A stretch of DNA of 64,000 nt from Octopus bimaculoides (taxonomy: Eukaryota): NCBI RefSeq assembly GCF_001194135.2, contig NC_068998.1, positions 14,959,758-15,023,757 on the forward strand, given 5' to 3'. The notes under the pieces are model-generated. The model made no database searches, was not told where the DNA came from, and worked only from the letters and a program-made list of their open reading frames with translations. Below are positions 24,816 through 40,006 of the stretch, in pieces. A program made the translations under genes and the position numbers. The first letter of the stretch is position 1. Every line of letters begins with the position of its first letter.

Positions 24816-25119
24816 GCGATTCATTATTCGTACTAGAAATATATTGTCTTCTTGCACGTAAGTTTAATTTTTGAAAAATTTTGTTTTCAAAAGTTGTTAA
24901 CTGTTTGTTTTATTACAAAACGCTTGATAAAATCGTCACCATTGCATAGGTCTTGTTTGTTTGTGGCCCCTGGGAGGTGGCAATTTCAAAAAGAAAATTT
25001 TCATTTTGTTTAAAAAAAAATTGATAAACATACATGGCGATGCTAGTCTTACTAACAGACATGGAAGATGAAGTAAAAGGTAGCTTTCATAGTGAGTTAC
25101 AAGACACCTCAGATTTTAG

Positions 25120-25360
25120 AGGCGCGTGGCTTAGTGGCTAGGGTTTGGGACTCATGATTGTAAGATTGTGGTTTCGATTCCTGGACAGGGCGACGCGTTT
25201 TGTTCTTGGGCAAAGGACTTCATTTCACGATGCTTCAGTCCACTCAGCTGGCAAAATGAATAATTCCGCGACGAACCGGCGTCCCGTCCAGGGAATATAC
25301 ACGCCATGAAACCGAAAAACTGGCCCTTATGAGTCGAGAAGGTAACTTTACCTTTACACC
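25120..25360 (+). mobile_element. SINE family D
   Basis: A box tggcttagtgg, B box ggtttcgattcc, core ttcatttcacgatgcttcagtccactcagctggc, tail ggtaactttacctttac; homologous to 30060-30305. Confidence 0.85.
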
Positions 25361-25739
25361 TCATATTTTATATATATTAATACAACACCCTCTATTTACA
25401 GTTCGGTGCCATGCTCCAGAAATATATATTCAAGAATAATTAACGTGAGACAGACTTTCTGACATGCTCAAGATTCTGCCATTTCGTCGATATAAGCTGT
25501 GGGTTATATATTGTACTATCGTATCTACCTTTCGCACCAGGAATGTCATTCCAAAAACAAAACATTTTATTTACAAAATGTTTATATTCATATGAAAGGA
25601 AAAGTATTAATTCCTTTAAAATATGTAGGCCAGGAAATACAATTTACTAGCAAAGAGATATAAGAAAGTATTACAAATATGATAGTAAGAGAAATCAATT
25701 TGGAGTAGATATTTCTGATTATTCACAAGGTCAGCAGAT

Positions 25740-25925
25740 TTGATAAGACGTGGCCAGTCGATTACTCCCACCATACACAATTTGGTTGATGATGCTTGAT
25801 TTTATTGATCCCATAAAAATAAAGTGCAAAGTCGACCTCGGCAAAAATTCAGCTAAGAATTTAAAGGTCCAGATTAAATATCGCAAAGCATTTTTCCGAT
25901 GCTTTAAAGTTTTTGCCAATCTAGT
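25740..25925 (-). mobile_element. SINE family B, diverged
   Basis: gcaaagtcgacctcggcaaaaattc...aagcatttt...ttgccaatct. Confidence 0.7.
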
Positions 25926-26761
25926 CTCGTAGCACGAGAAAATAACACTTTTAAATATTAATAGGGAAAAAATATTAATGGGATAAATTGAACAAGTTTC
26001 TTTCGGTAGTATTCCTATGTGTATTCTAAAGGAAAGCTTCTAAGGAAGATTCGTTAAGTTTATTTAACTGGGGCCCTCGGATACAGTTGTTTATATTTTT
26101 GGAAGGAACAGTATAAACTGAAAACGTTGTTATAATATAGTTATTATTCACTTCGAAATTCGTGGAATTACCACGGATTTTGCTAGTGAGACATTATCTT
26201 AAGCATAAAAAACCCAGTCATTGCAACACTAATGTCTTTTCTTCCAGGCAAATAGTTTGTGCCTTATAGCTTGGTATTTATTACCTATCATTTTCTGCAG
26301 TTCTTCAACATCTGCTATTACCTACTAGCAAAAGTAAATAGACGTTTCAACGTAATGCTCGTATTTTGTCATAAATAGTGCGTGTGTGTGCGCGCGAGAG
26401 AGAGACTGAGTGAGTGAGTAATTGTGTGTGGTGGGAGTGATCAACTATAAACATATTGATCTACTTCTTAAAGAAATCGTTCTTCTCGCGAGATGAGGGG
26501 ATATTACTAAAGGCAGTGTTTTAGAAATACTCATCGTATTCACCTCGCGTGTATAGAATCTATAGTTGACACATAGATTTTGAACACCGTAAACTAAAGC
26601 AATTCATACCGTTTTTTATGAACTTATCACCGTCTTCACAGTAGTCTTGTTCATTCTTGTAGATAGAAAACAGCTTTGCCTTTCATAAATGGACTGTTTA
26701 ATTTGTATCAATATCAAATTGAAAAGAATTTTCCTGTTAATATTACTTTTTTACTCAGGCT

Positions 26762-26955
26762 AAGGCAACGAGCTGGCGGAATGAATCGTTAGCATGCAGG
26801 GCAAAATGCTCAGCGACGTTTTGTCCATCTTCATGTTCTGAGTTCAAATTCCGACGAGGTTGGCTTCACCTTTCATCCTTTCAGGATCAATAAAATAAGA
26901 CCATTTGAGCACTGGGGACGATGTAACCGACTTACTCATCCCCCTCAAAATTCTG
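26762..26955 (+). mobile_element. SINE family B
   Basis: aaggcaacgagctggcgg...gagttcaaattccgacgagg...tttcatcctttc. Confidence 0.85.
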
Positions 26956-27311
26956 TTTCAACGAGGAGGTTTTCTCCTCCTTCTGAAAGGCTGTTATTAC
27001 TTTCAAGACAGTACTTCTTGATACACCAAGCAGTTTGGCTGTTTTCGTTACGCTAGCGCTTGCCATACAAGCACAAACAATTTGACCTGTTTAACAGTAC
27101 GATTGATGTGTCATTTTAATGAACTTTGATTACTTTTTTTCTGATGATATCTAAAAAGAAACGGCAATTTTAGCAAAACATATTAAGCGACACTAATAAT
27201 AAATCAAAAAACATAAATATGAACAAGCTTTTGGTGGTTTTATAGATATTTGAAAATTATGATGCTATGATGCTAAGTCTATCCATTATTTTGTCCAACC
27301 CCTAAATCATT

Positions 27312-27470
27312 GTTTCTGATTTAGGCACAAATCCATCAATTTTGAAGGGTCGAGTGCACTAGTCAATAACAACTTGACTGATACGCCATTTCATCGAACC
27401 CGGAGGGCTAAAACGCAAAGCTGATGTGGGTGGGATTTGAACTTAGAACGTAAAGAGCCAGAGGAAATAG
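27312..27470 (-). mobile_element. SINE family B, diverged
   Basis: ttaggcacaa...catcgaacccggagg...gggatttgaacttagaacgtaaag. Confidence 0.7.
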
Positions 27471-27979
27471 CAAAAAAAAACGAGTTATTTAATTAATTAT
27501 AGACTTTCGCTTATAAATTTGTTATCAGCTGTCAATATTCAAAATCAATATTAAAAATGTAAACTTGGAAATTATTTTAAAATGTCGATTTTCTTTCACC
27601 AGACATAAAGACTTCAAACTTTTAGGCGGGAGAGGGTGGGGCACGAATAGGAATCTAACATTATTATGTTCTCCGAATGTATTAGTTATATAATCAAAAA
27701 TAAAGTGGTTTAAATTAGGAAGCAAAACAAATCTGCTTTCAGCTTACCAAGATTTCAAAATTGATTTCTTACTACTTGAAACAAAGCCAAGAATTGGTTT
27801 GAGAAAGAAGGATGTTTTGTGGCGTGTAATTTTCAACGGCTTTAATAGCGTATTTCATCTGAAATCTTTTAAAACGGAAACCAAAGCCGAATCGTGAACT
27901 CTGCTCACTAGGATTGATATACTACAAGTTTCGGATTATCTTTTACTTGTTTCTGTAATAGTAGCTAATCTATCGTCCA

Positions 27980-28620
27980 AAGTGGCAGCATGTCGTCACC
28001 AAAGAAACGGAGCAGATGGAAAACAACAGCATCAAGTGGCAGAGAAGAGACGTCGAAGACGAAAAGATCGACTCGCACTTCCTCGTCCCCCGCGAACTTA
28101 CCCTTCTATACCAGCCTTGGCCCGAACAGCCTCTTTAAGCACTTGCACTCATCGCACCCATCAGGATGAAGAGGCACAATCAACCGCTACACATTAACTA
28201 CTCGGATACGAATTAATGCCGATGACAACCACTTATTCTATCATCATCTTCGTGCCGGACCGCTAATTTTGGTTGTCAAGCTGCACATGTGTGTGGGGTA
28301 GGTGGGGGGAAATACAAGCAGATGCAGATACATATATAAAGATAGATACAAATACACACACAGGAGGAGGAGGAGGAGGAGGAGGAGGAGGAGGAGGAGG
28401 AGGAGGAGGAGGAGGAAGCTGATGACGATGACGACAACGATGACTACGATGATGACGATGATGGTCGTGATGGTCATGGTGACGACGACGAGGGCGACCG
28501 AGACAACGATGACGTCGATAACGTTGACGACGACGACGACGATGATGATGTCGACCACGAAGAGGCGGACGAAAACTAAAATGAGGATTAAGATGACGGT
28601 GGTGAGTCTCCAGTTAACGC
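27980..28620. promoter_or_regulatory. CpG-rich patch, candidate promoter/first-exon region
   Basis: CpG and GC content are visibly above the surroundings in unique sequence (27980-28300), followed by (GAG)n and degenerate (GAC/GAT)n. Minus-strand donor aagg|gtaagt at 28101. Confidence 0.35.
28363..28415. repeat. (GAG)n microsatellite
   Basis: Direct reading. Confidence 0.95.
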
Positions 28621-30059
28621 TCATGAATGAAACATTTTAAGAAATACGCTACAGTTAAGTTCACAGCGTTTGTTTAATATTAAACTACATGATTTAAAGT
28701 ATCGATTAAGCTTATTCAAAACCATAATCGAAGAATTCATAGATTTCTTTGCCTACAACACTAACTGCATAGAAACTCTTTCTTTAGCTCGCATGATTGT
28801 GAACTTTAGCAGTAGTACAACTCTGTCACTTATAACCCCATGTTAGCTCCAGTTGAGCTGATCTATGATCAAATATTCTAACCATGACCATTCCTGTTAT
28901 TTCGTACATTGCTTATCTTTATTCCAGACATTTTATTATTGTTAAGTTTTTGTTTCAAAGTTGGTTGGGTGTTATTTGATGAAGATGTCGCTGCTGTTTT
29001 CTGTAAGTTATATGAACACATAGAAGTTCCTTCCATTGGTTAACAAAGTGGATGTGAAATTTGGATGGAAGAGCTTCTTCAATAAACTTGATACGATAGA
29101 TATGACTCAGTTTGCGAAATGGCAGAAAAAGTTACATACTGAATTCAAATAAGGTCGTACCAAAAATATGCAAAGTTCTTAATAAAAACTCTTCAAATGA
29201 GATTATTTATGTAATAATTAGTTTAAAAAATTCTTTTTGGGGTATTGAAAATTTAAAACAAAAAAAAAGCAGAAGGTTGACAACTCCAATAAAATTAACT
29301 AAATGAAAATTTTCAAATACAATGATGAAGTATATGGGGATGAATCATAGTGTTAAAGCTAACTGGTGAAAGTAAAAGACGTATTGCAGTCATATTACAC
29401 CTCCTCAACAAAGTATGTACTAAGACTAAGAAGTAATCCTTATTTAGAGAAATAGAGGAGATGCAGTGGTGCTGACTATGAATATGAACGATTTTGTTCA
29501 ATATATCTCGGAAGGAGTGTTCTAAATATTTTACAAACGTATTATAGCGTCTCATTATTTCCTAAAGACATTACGTTCAATGATGATATTTCCTATAATA
29601 AATTCTTGAGTGCTGTAATTTTATTTCTCATGTCTTTATTATTATCTTCGCACCGGCTATCTAGAAAATTAGATTCTTCATATTTCACGTCTCTACAACA
29701 TTTTTAATATTTTCATATGTCCTACGACTAATCATTTCTTTCTCTTTCAGATTTTTACTCACTCCTGCATTTCATTTCTAATTAATATTGAGCCGTTTGT
29801 TCTAATAAAAACTTCGCTAACTACATATAACCCGAAGTTTATTACACGGTGGTGAAATGAAATGTACTTGATCACTGAAATTTTGTCTTATGCACTTCTG
29901 TCAAACAACTCTCAAGTCTATGGTAATAAACAAATACTTTTAGATATTTTATTAATGTGCGATTACATTTTGTCAGCATTTATTTCTTGAGGTCATAGTT
30001 ATATTAAATTCATTTTAAACAGACAATAGACTTTCGGAGTCTGTATTGATTTAAATAGA

Positions 30060-30305
30060 AAAATAGGATATAACTCCTTCCCAAGTCATGTAGACTCAAA
30101 GGGACCGTTTCCCGGTGTCCGTGGCGTATATACTCCCCAATGGACAGGATGCGGCCCGTCGCAGGATTACTTAATTTTGCCTGGTGAATCATTTGGAGCA
30201 ACGTGAAATGAAGTGTTTTACGCAAGAGCACAAGGCTTTGTCCGGTCTAGGAATCAAAGTCACAATCTTACGATCATGGATCCAGAACCCTAACCACTGA
30301 TCCAT
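30060..30305 (-). mobile_element. SINE family D
   Basis: tggagcaacgtgaaatgaagtgt...acaatcttacgatcatg...ccctaaccact is the reverse complement of the 25120 copy. Confidence 0.8.
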
Positions 30306-31180
30306 ATGTCATCACTTCTTTTGATTTACAGATTTATTAAATTCCTATGACAATATATTGACAACTGTCTGCGTTTCATTTATATGATATCATGCATTTT
30401 CAATCATTAATTTCATGAAACAAATGTTTTTAAAATATTTACATATGCGCATCATTTTGAACTCTTTGATTAAATAGTATCGGACATGGAATCGCACTAC
30501 GAATTTTTTTTGTTCTAGCGACACAATGCAACTAAAATGAATTTCCCAAAGTAAGATGTGGTCTCAACAGCTTGGGGCGCCCAGACATCAGAGGATCATC
30601 AAAATCATTAAAATCAGAAATAGATATGAGTGAAGGGAAAGAATACCCTCACCTTTAACAAGCACGGTAACAACATGCATATATTTCGATCTTATAAAGT
30701 CTTCTTAGTAAACCAAAGTCATTAAAGTGTTTTCCACGAAGACACAAATACCAATCAGGCATACACAAAGATGAACATAGAAATGAGCATCAATTTCTAT
30801 CACTATTTATCTACGAATAAAATATTGTCTCTTTTTGTATCTGCACGTCTATATCTTAGCTTCTTAGCTTGTCAATTTTTATACGTCTATGCCTTTGCAC
30901 ATGGGTTCGTGTGTGCATGCTTATTGTTTAATCCATCTAACTATCCGTCTATCTGTCTGCCTAGCCATCTATCTATCTAAAGTTTCAGAGAGAAGGTTTC
31001 TAAATTTAGCAAAAAGAATTTAAATTGCTCTTTGGTTTCAAATACTGACTGCGCTGTGCACTAACAGCTAACATTTGCTTGTTTTATCTATTATTCTAGC
31101 TATGTATCTAATAATCTATTTAAGGTGGTGCAGTACTTTGTTGAAATTGTGAAACATCCAGGTGTTATTTTAGCATAGCG

Positions 31181-31232
31181 TAGTTTGGTTGTAGTTTTAT
31201 AAAACAATCTCTAAAGCTACAACTGAACTAAA
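31181..31232 (+). ncRNA. Candidate Mir-9/79-like pre-miRNA hairpin
   Basis: 19 contiguous pairs (3 G-U) between 31181-31199 and 31212-31230; 22/8/22-nt geometry; the 3p arm starts CUAAAGCUA. No expression evidence. Confidence 0.35.
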
Positions 31233-32036
31233 TCTATTCATCTCACGATCGATCGCTAATTATGAATATGTACATATGTATGTACCACTCAATCTTGCAT
31301 TCGTATTCTCGTATTCGTATTTGCACGAATACTTCCATTTTGCTACACAAAATGTTAGCTCTTTGTATTTCTCAAATTTAGCAAGAATAAAAAGATAAAT
31401 ACATCAAGCGAAATCAGAATTCCCATGACATCCGTTTAAGGAACGGATCAATTATGAGAGAAAAAAATTTACGCAACTAAAATAAGGATGAAAGAGATTT
31501 GATTAATTTCTATATAATATACATTCAGAAATAGTGTTGAGAAGGACGCCTATACAACTATATAACGATACTACATCGTTTTTATAGAAGGCTGAGAAAC
31601 ATTATTGTGTTTATAAATGCAAAAATAAACATTTAGCTAGAATATGCGTTGTTATAAGGAAACGTATTTAAACTTCAACACATTCATAAACATATAAATT
31701 TCAGGATATGTATTTGTATGCTAGCATGTGCATAGGAAGATAGTTGCGCGCGCACACACACACAAACGTACATGCACATACATACACAGACAGATACAGA
31801 GAGAGGGAGAGAGAGAGACAAAGAGACATATATATGTGTATGCTTATATATGTGTATGCTTATATATGTGTATTTATGTATACATATGCAGGCATATATA
31901 TATTTGTATGTATACAGATATGTGTTTATGTTTGTGTGTGCGTGTGTGTGCGTGTGTGTGCATATATATGTATACATACATATATTTGTATCTATGTATG
32001 TATATATATACACATATGAATGAGAGACAGACAGAC

Positions 32037-32038
<2 letters not shown>

Positions 32039-32096
<58 letters not shown>
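32039..32096. repeat. (GATA)n microsatellite
   Basis: Direct reading. Confidence 0.95.
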
Positions 32097-32997
32097 TTAC
32101 GAATGATACGTTTAAATTTATATGCATAACGAATGTATACATATGTATTAATGTGAGTGTGTCTGTGTAAAGTGAGTTAAAGACATTTAAACATTACTGT
32201 AATAATGATTGCTTCTTTATTTGTCACATAATATCGATAATAATGATAACAATTACACTTAAATTTTACACAAGCATCAGACGTCAGTCGGAACTAACGA
32301 GAACAAAGAAGCAACAGAAGCCCGTGGTTCCAGACGATAGCAAATACAACATCGAAAACAACATCAAGAATAGAATTAACGCTAATGTCGACAGCAAAAA
32401 CTCTACCACCAAGTAAACACCAAAAGTAAGAACGTCAACAATATATTCCGGTTAGTTACTAGAAACCATAACACTGATTTGAAAGTAAAAGCTAGAAAGC
32501 CTAATGGTTAGGCAAATATCCAAGCTGAGTATTTGAATAGATGTTAATTGAAAGTCCATTCTCTGTTTTCTTATATTGTGTACCTGAAACCATTCATGTT
32601 GTAAACTATTTCGTGATCAGGAAAGTAGACATCTACACATTGAAAATACGTTTCACATCTGAGAATACAATATGAGGAAATTGCCCTATAATCCTGGATT
32701 AGAACAACAGGAAAAGGCACTAAAGTAATTTGCTATGAAAAGATTTACCGGAACTCACATGGGTAAGATGATATCCGAAACAGTCGACTAAAGGAAATAT
32801 TCATGATGCATGAATACTTGCCTACTTTAGGTAAATGCTTTAAAACAGCAATAGAAATGCCGGTGAAAACAGAGGCGCAAGGATACACAATGCTACATTC
32901 CCAAATAAATAAAGTATGGACTTCAGCCCCGAAGAATATATCTGTTTCCATGTATGTATATATACATAAATACATGTATGTATGTGTGTATTTATGT

Positions 32998-33021
32998 ACA
33001 CACACACACACACACACACAT

Positions 33022-33095
<74 letters not shown>
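32998..33095. repeat. Compound (CA)n(TA)n(GA)n microsatellite
   Basis: Direct reading. A similar (GT)(CT)(AT) compound lies at 36350-36478. Confidence 0.95.
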
Positions 33096-33101
<6 letters not shown>

Positions 33102-33184
33102 AGAGGTAGATAAATGCATAGATATATTGGTGCGTATACATAAATAAATATGCTGNNNNNNNNNNTATAAATGTACACTAATTT

Positions 33185-33220
<36 letters not shown>

Positions 33221-35713
33221 CGCGCGCGCGCGCATTTCTATCCATACAAACACATACATACGTGTGGCTACTGAAACTGAATGTTTATTTCGCAACTCAA
33301 GTTTCATGCTAGTGCATTCTGCGGACGAGAACTGTTACAAGTGCATTTATATCTTTCGGCTTGGAAGAGTTGTAATGATTGACGCATTTCACTTGGCTGC
33401 CTTCCGCGTGTGCTTCTTGCACGTTATTTCCCTACCTCTTCATTGATTATTTTTGTACAATGGTGTTTTATTTCTTATGATTAAGAATGATTAAATGCAC
33501 ACTTTTAATCTGTTTATTCACTCTAGATTTTTATCTTTTAATCTAGTTCAAGAAGTCCTTTTGCCAATTTTGATTTTATATTCTTTTTTATCAAGATTGT
33601 TTTGTTTGAGAGGTTTTGTTTACGCATCGTATTTTATTTGTAAATGTTTTTTGATCACTATTATATGATTTTGCTGAAAGATATTTTTAACTGAATTTTA
33701 CAACAAAGCTGTAGAGTTCCATAGCAGAATTATGTTGTCGTGGCTCTAAGAATCTCTTTGTTAAACTAATTAATGATTTTAGTTAAAATCATTGAAATCA
33801 TTTTTAATCATAGTTCACGGTTGTGCTTTTGTGTTTGTTAGTGTTTGTGTGTTTGTAAGTGTGTGTGCGTCTTTATGTCTGTCTGTCAGTATTTGGGTGT
33901 ATGTGAGTGTATGCGTCTGTGTGAGTGAGTGTGTACGTATAAGTGTCACTGGTTTTCAATATATGTAGATGAGTGTGCATGGCACGGTTGAATGTTTATA
34001 GCTAGAAGGTTATGAAATTATATGTTGGTCAGAAAAACCGATGTAAATATTATTTCTACCATACAGTCTAAGTCGCATCGTGGATATATTTGTTAATTAT
34101 AATACATTGGATGTGTTTCTTTCTTTGTTTGTGTGTGCATGTGTGCATGTGCGTGAGTGCATGGGTGTGAGTGCGCGAACGTCTGATTTCCATATGTTTG
34201 TTGATTGGTGCAACTTCTTGTTCTCTGGTTGTGACGAATTTATTTCGAAATTCCTTTTATCCCATTGAGAAGGGTGCTGTATATTATACTATATGCATGT
34301 ATACATCTCTTTTTATATATACATACTCATATAAATATATTTGCTTCGTTCGCCGAATAACATCTGTTCTCTGAATTGTATGTTCTCACGTGTATGTCTG
34401 TGTATATGTTAGTGAGTGTGGTTTTTCTTATCTTACGTGTTTTTCACTTACAATCATTGGCAAAGTTCCTTAACGGTTGTTGTGTGCAGCTACTTCTTAT
34501 GTGTTGATGTATGTTTCCTTGTTTTAGGCAGGCAATAGGAGTACTATATAATTTATGAGTGCTTCAAGTGACTGCATTATACTTGATGTTAAAGAAACTG
34601 GCTATAAGCTCTATGATTCAGTAAAAGTACGAGTGCCTCGGAAATCAAACTGACTATTGAAGAGATATGATATTTCAAGAGCATACCCAATGAAAACTAT
34701 GCTATATCTCCCCGGTTCTTGCACATCTCTCTATGAACTATATTTAATGGACCGAAGGGAATTTATCAATAGGTGGTAGCTGATTATGTATGCTCTGCTT
34801 AGTTTATAACCATTTTATGATGCGAAAGAAAAACACTTTAAATACATTAACGTTTTTAGAAAATAATGGTAAATGTGTTGAATGCAATAACAGGAAATCA
34901 CCTTAGTACAAGGAGAATACTGTCTCCATACAAAGCATTTTAGATTAAAAACTTATAGCTCCAAATTGCTGAGGACAATTCTTAATTAAATATTTATTTG
35001 TGGTCTATGCCAAGCTAAAAAGGAACAACATACTCACATAGAGTATTGTTCCCTTTTAGCTAGGCATAAGCGTTCTATATAAGACAGTTCAAGATTTTGT
35101 ATGAAAGACATGAATAATTTGTTCAACCATAAATTGAAACATACAACAGGTTTCATAGAGGGAAACACTATTTCCAATTTTTTAAAGTTTTTCACGCTGA
35201 TAATCAATCAATACCATACGCTGATAATTAATCTATATTAAAAATAAGAACCGAAAGAGAATGGCATTGACGAAAATAATTTAGAGAATATTTACATTAT
35301 CAGGAAAAAATATTTTTTCATAAAGAACAAAAACCTAGGATATTGGAAATGGCTTAAGAACATAAAAGTTAATCCATCACGGAAGATGAAACTTGTGAAG
35401 TTTGAGGATTCAGAACAGAACATTATTGATATAAAGAAAATGAAACCTAATGGAGAGAAATTCACAATTCCTGGTCGCTCGCCGAAGAAATAGATTTAAT
35501 CAACAGTAATTATAACAAATAACATCAATATATCAAATTTGGTAGACAAATACATACATACATATACAGAAAAGAGAAACTGAGCACAGTTGTGAAAATT
35601 AGTTGCCCAGTGGATGTTAACATAAAGCTGAAGATCAGTTAATAGTAGGACACCTATGTAGGACGACCTTACTATTGTGAGCCGAATGCCCTAACCACTA
35701 AGCCATACGTATA

Positions 35714-37735
<2,022 letters not shown>

Positions 37736-38004
37736 AAATTATGGATTTTTCCCTTATGAGGTTTTTCACGCTAATTTTTCCTTTATGAGGTTTTTCACGT
37801 TACCTGCAGTAACATCCGTTCTAATGGAACAGCCAAGTTGATACGGCGACAAACATTACTTGCCAGCACAGCTACTGCGTTCGCTTCTTACAGAAATTTT
37901 TAAATTAGCTTATTTGCTTGTTGCAAGTTCAGCGTCTGAATGTCGCTTGAATTTATATATATTGCGAACAGAAGCGAAACAGACACAGAGAGAGGCACAG
38001 AGAG

Positions 38005-38006
38005 AC

Positions 38007-38037
<31 letters not shown>

Positions 38038-38093
38038 GACAGGTAGACAGACTGACGGTTAGACAGATAGAGAAGACAGACAGACATACAGAC

Positions 38094-38161
<68 letters not shown>

Positions 38162-38239
38162 TTATTCGTATATACTAACTCCCCGCACACCCATACCCCC
38201 CACACATACACATACACACACACATATAGACAGACAGAC

Positions 38240-38300
<61 letters not shown>
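38005..38300. repeat. (GACA)n/(GATA)n microsatellite complex
   Basis: Direct reading. Confidence 0.95.
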
Positions 38301-38301
<1 letters not shown>

Positions 38302-39186
38302 GGTTCTATTTTTGTACGTAATGTCTTGGTGGCAATTACGCAACTCAGATCATGTGAATGCTTTTATCAAAGGTAAAAGTCTTTGTGGGGGCGTCATTGG
38401 AAATGAAAAGATCGAAAAGAATAGATAGGAAGAAAGAGAAAGATAAGGAAAGAAACAGAGAGAATAGAAAGACAGAGAGAGACAGGGAAAGAGACGCGGT
38501 AACGTTTACAATGATTGTAATGGTGGAGATTAGTGAAGCAGATTTTTGGGGGAGCCTGAATCTCAACAAGGTTAATTCATGTAGGAGGAAGTTAGAATGA
38601 AAGAGAATTCTGAAAGGCTGAAACGTTCGTGTAATGTCTTGAGAAGTGTTTGCATCTTGGTATTAGGTGGTCGACACATAGTAGAGTTGACGACAATGAA
38701 AGGATCGTGTGTATAGGTTTGATCTAGGAGATAGTGGTTCAGTAAGTGAATCATAGCTTTTGAATATTGTGATTTACTAGAAATAAGGATTATCAAAATT
38801 GCGTTAAAAGCTGCTGAGTTCTTAAGTGCCCATTACCTGTCATAATAGAATAGCGATAACTGTTTATGTAGCGACAAATCACTGATTATTCATTCTCAAA
38901 ACTGTCGAAATAGAAATAAATATATTTGTTTCAAGCTGTCTTCTGTACATCAGTATTTACATTCATAAATCAATTTTTGCATACTAATATACATACGTCA
39001 GTACGAATATACATAAATACACACATACTTCATAAAACGCGGACGCGCGCACATACACACATACACACACATGATCACGTGTACCTATATACATATATCT
39101 ATTAATACGTCTCTTTCTCCCCCCTCTCTCTTCTCTCTCTCTCTCTTTATAATAAATTTAATATATGACACATTCATATATATATG

Positions 39187-39232
<46 letters not shown>

Positions 39233-39954
39233 NNNNNNNNNNNNNNNNNNNNNNNNNNNNNNNNNNNNNNNNNNNNNNNNNNNNNNNNNNNNNNNNNNNN
39301 NNNNNNNNNNNNNNNNNNNNNNNNNNNNNNNNNNNNNNNNNNNNNNNNNNNNNNNNNNNNNNNNNNNNNNNNNNNNNNNNNNNNNNNNNNNNNNNNNNNN
39401 NNNNNNNNNNNNNNNNNNNNNNNNNNNNNNNNNNNNNNNNNNNNNNNNNNNNNNNNNNNTATATATATATATATGAACATATCTATATATTATATTCATA
39501 TACACACGCACGTATATATAAGGGTAGAAATTTATTTATTAACTGCAGAGTTATTTCCGGACTTAGCGCGCCAGATTGAAGACATTTGAAGGGATACACT
39601 TAATGTAATTTGTAGAACACTTCACGTGCTCCCTTTCGGGTAGAGGTCTTATGTCTAGTTCTGGAAATTATATTTTTAAATCGTCAGACTACGCTGATGA
39701 TCCTGCATATGTTTACTTATGTAAATTTTAACAGGTGAAACCATGGTACGTAGGTCAATCGTTTTTTTATTTAGTATTTTTTCATTTGTCTTGCCCTTTT
39801 ACAGTCTGTTGTGTCGCTAATTTTTCACTGAGAACATATTTATTCGTGGTTAGATGATTCGGCATCTATTTCTAGCATATAGGAGTCCACTTTTGCTGGT
39901 CATTCCTTTTGCTGGTCATAAAATATATATGTATATATACACATATATATACAT

Positions 39955-40006
<52 letters not shown>

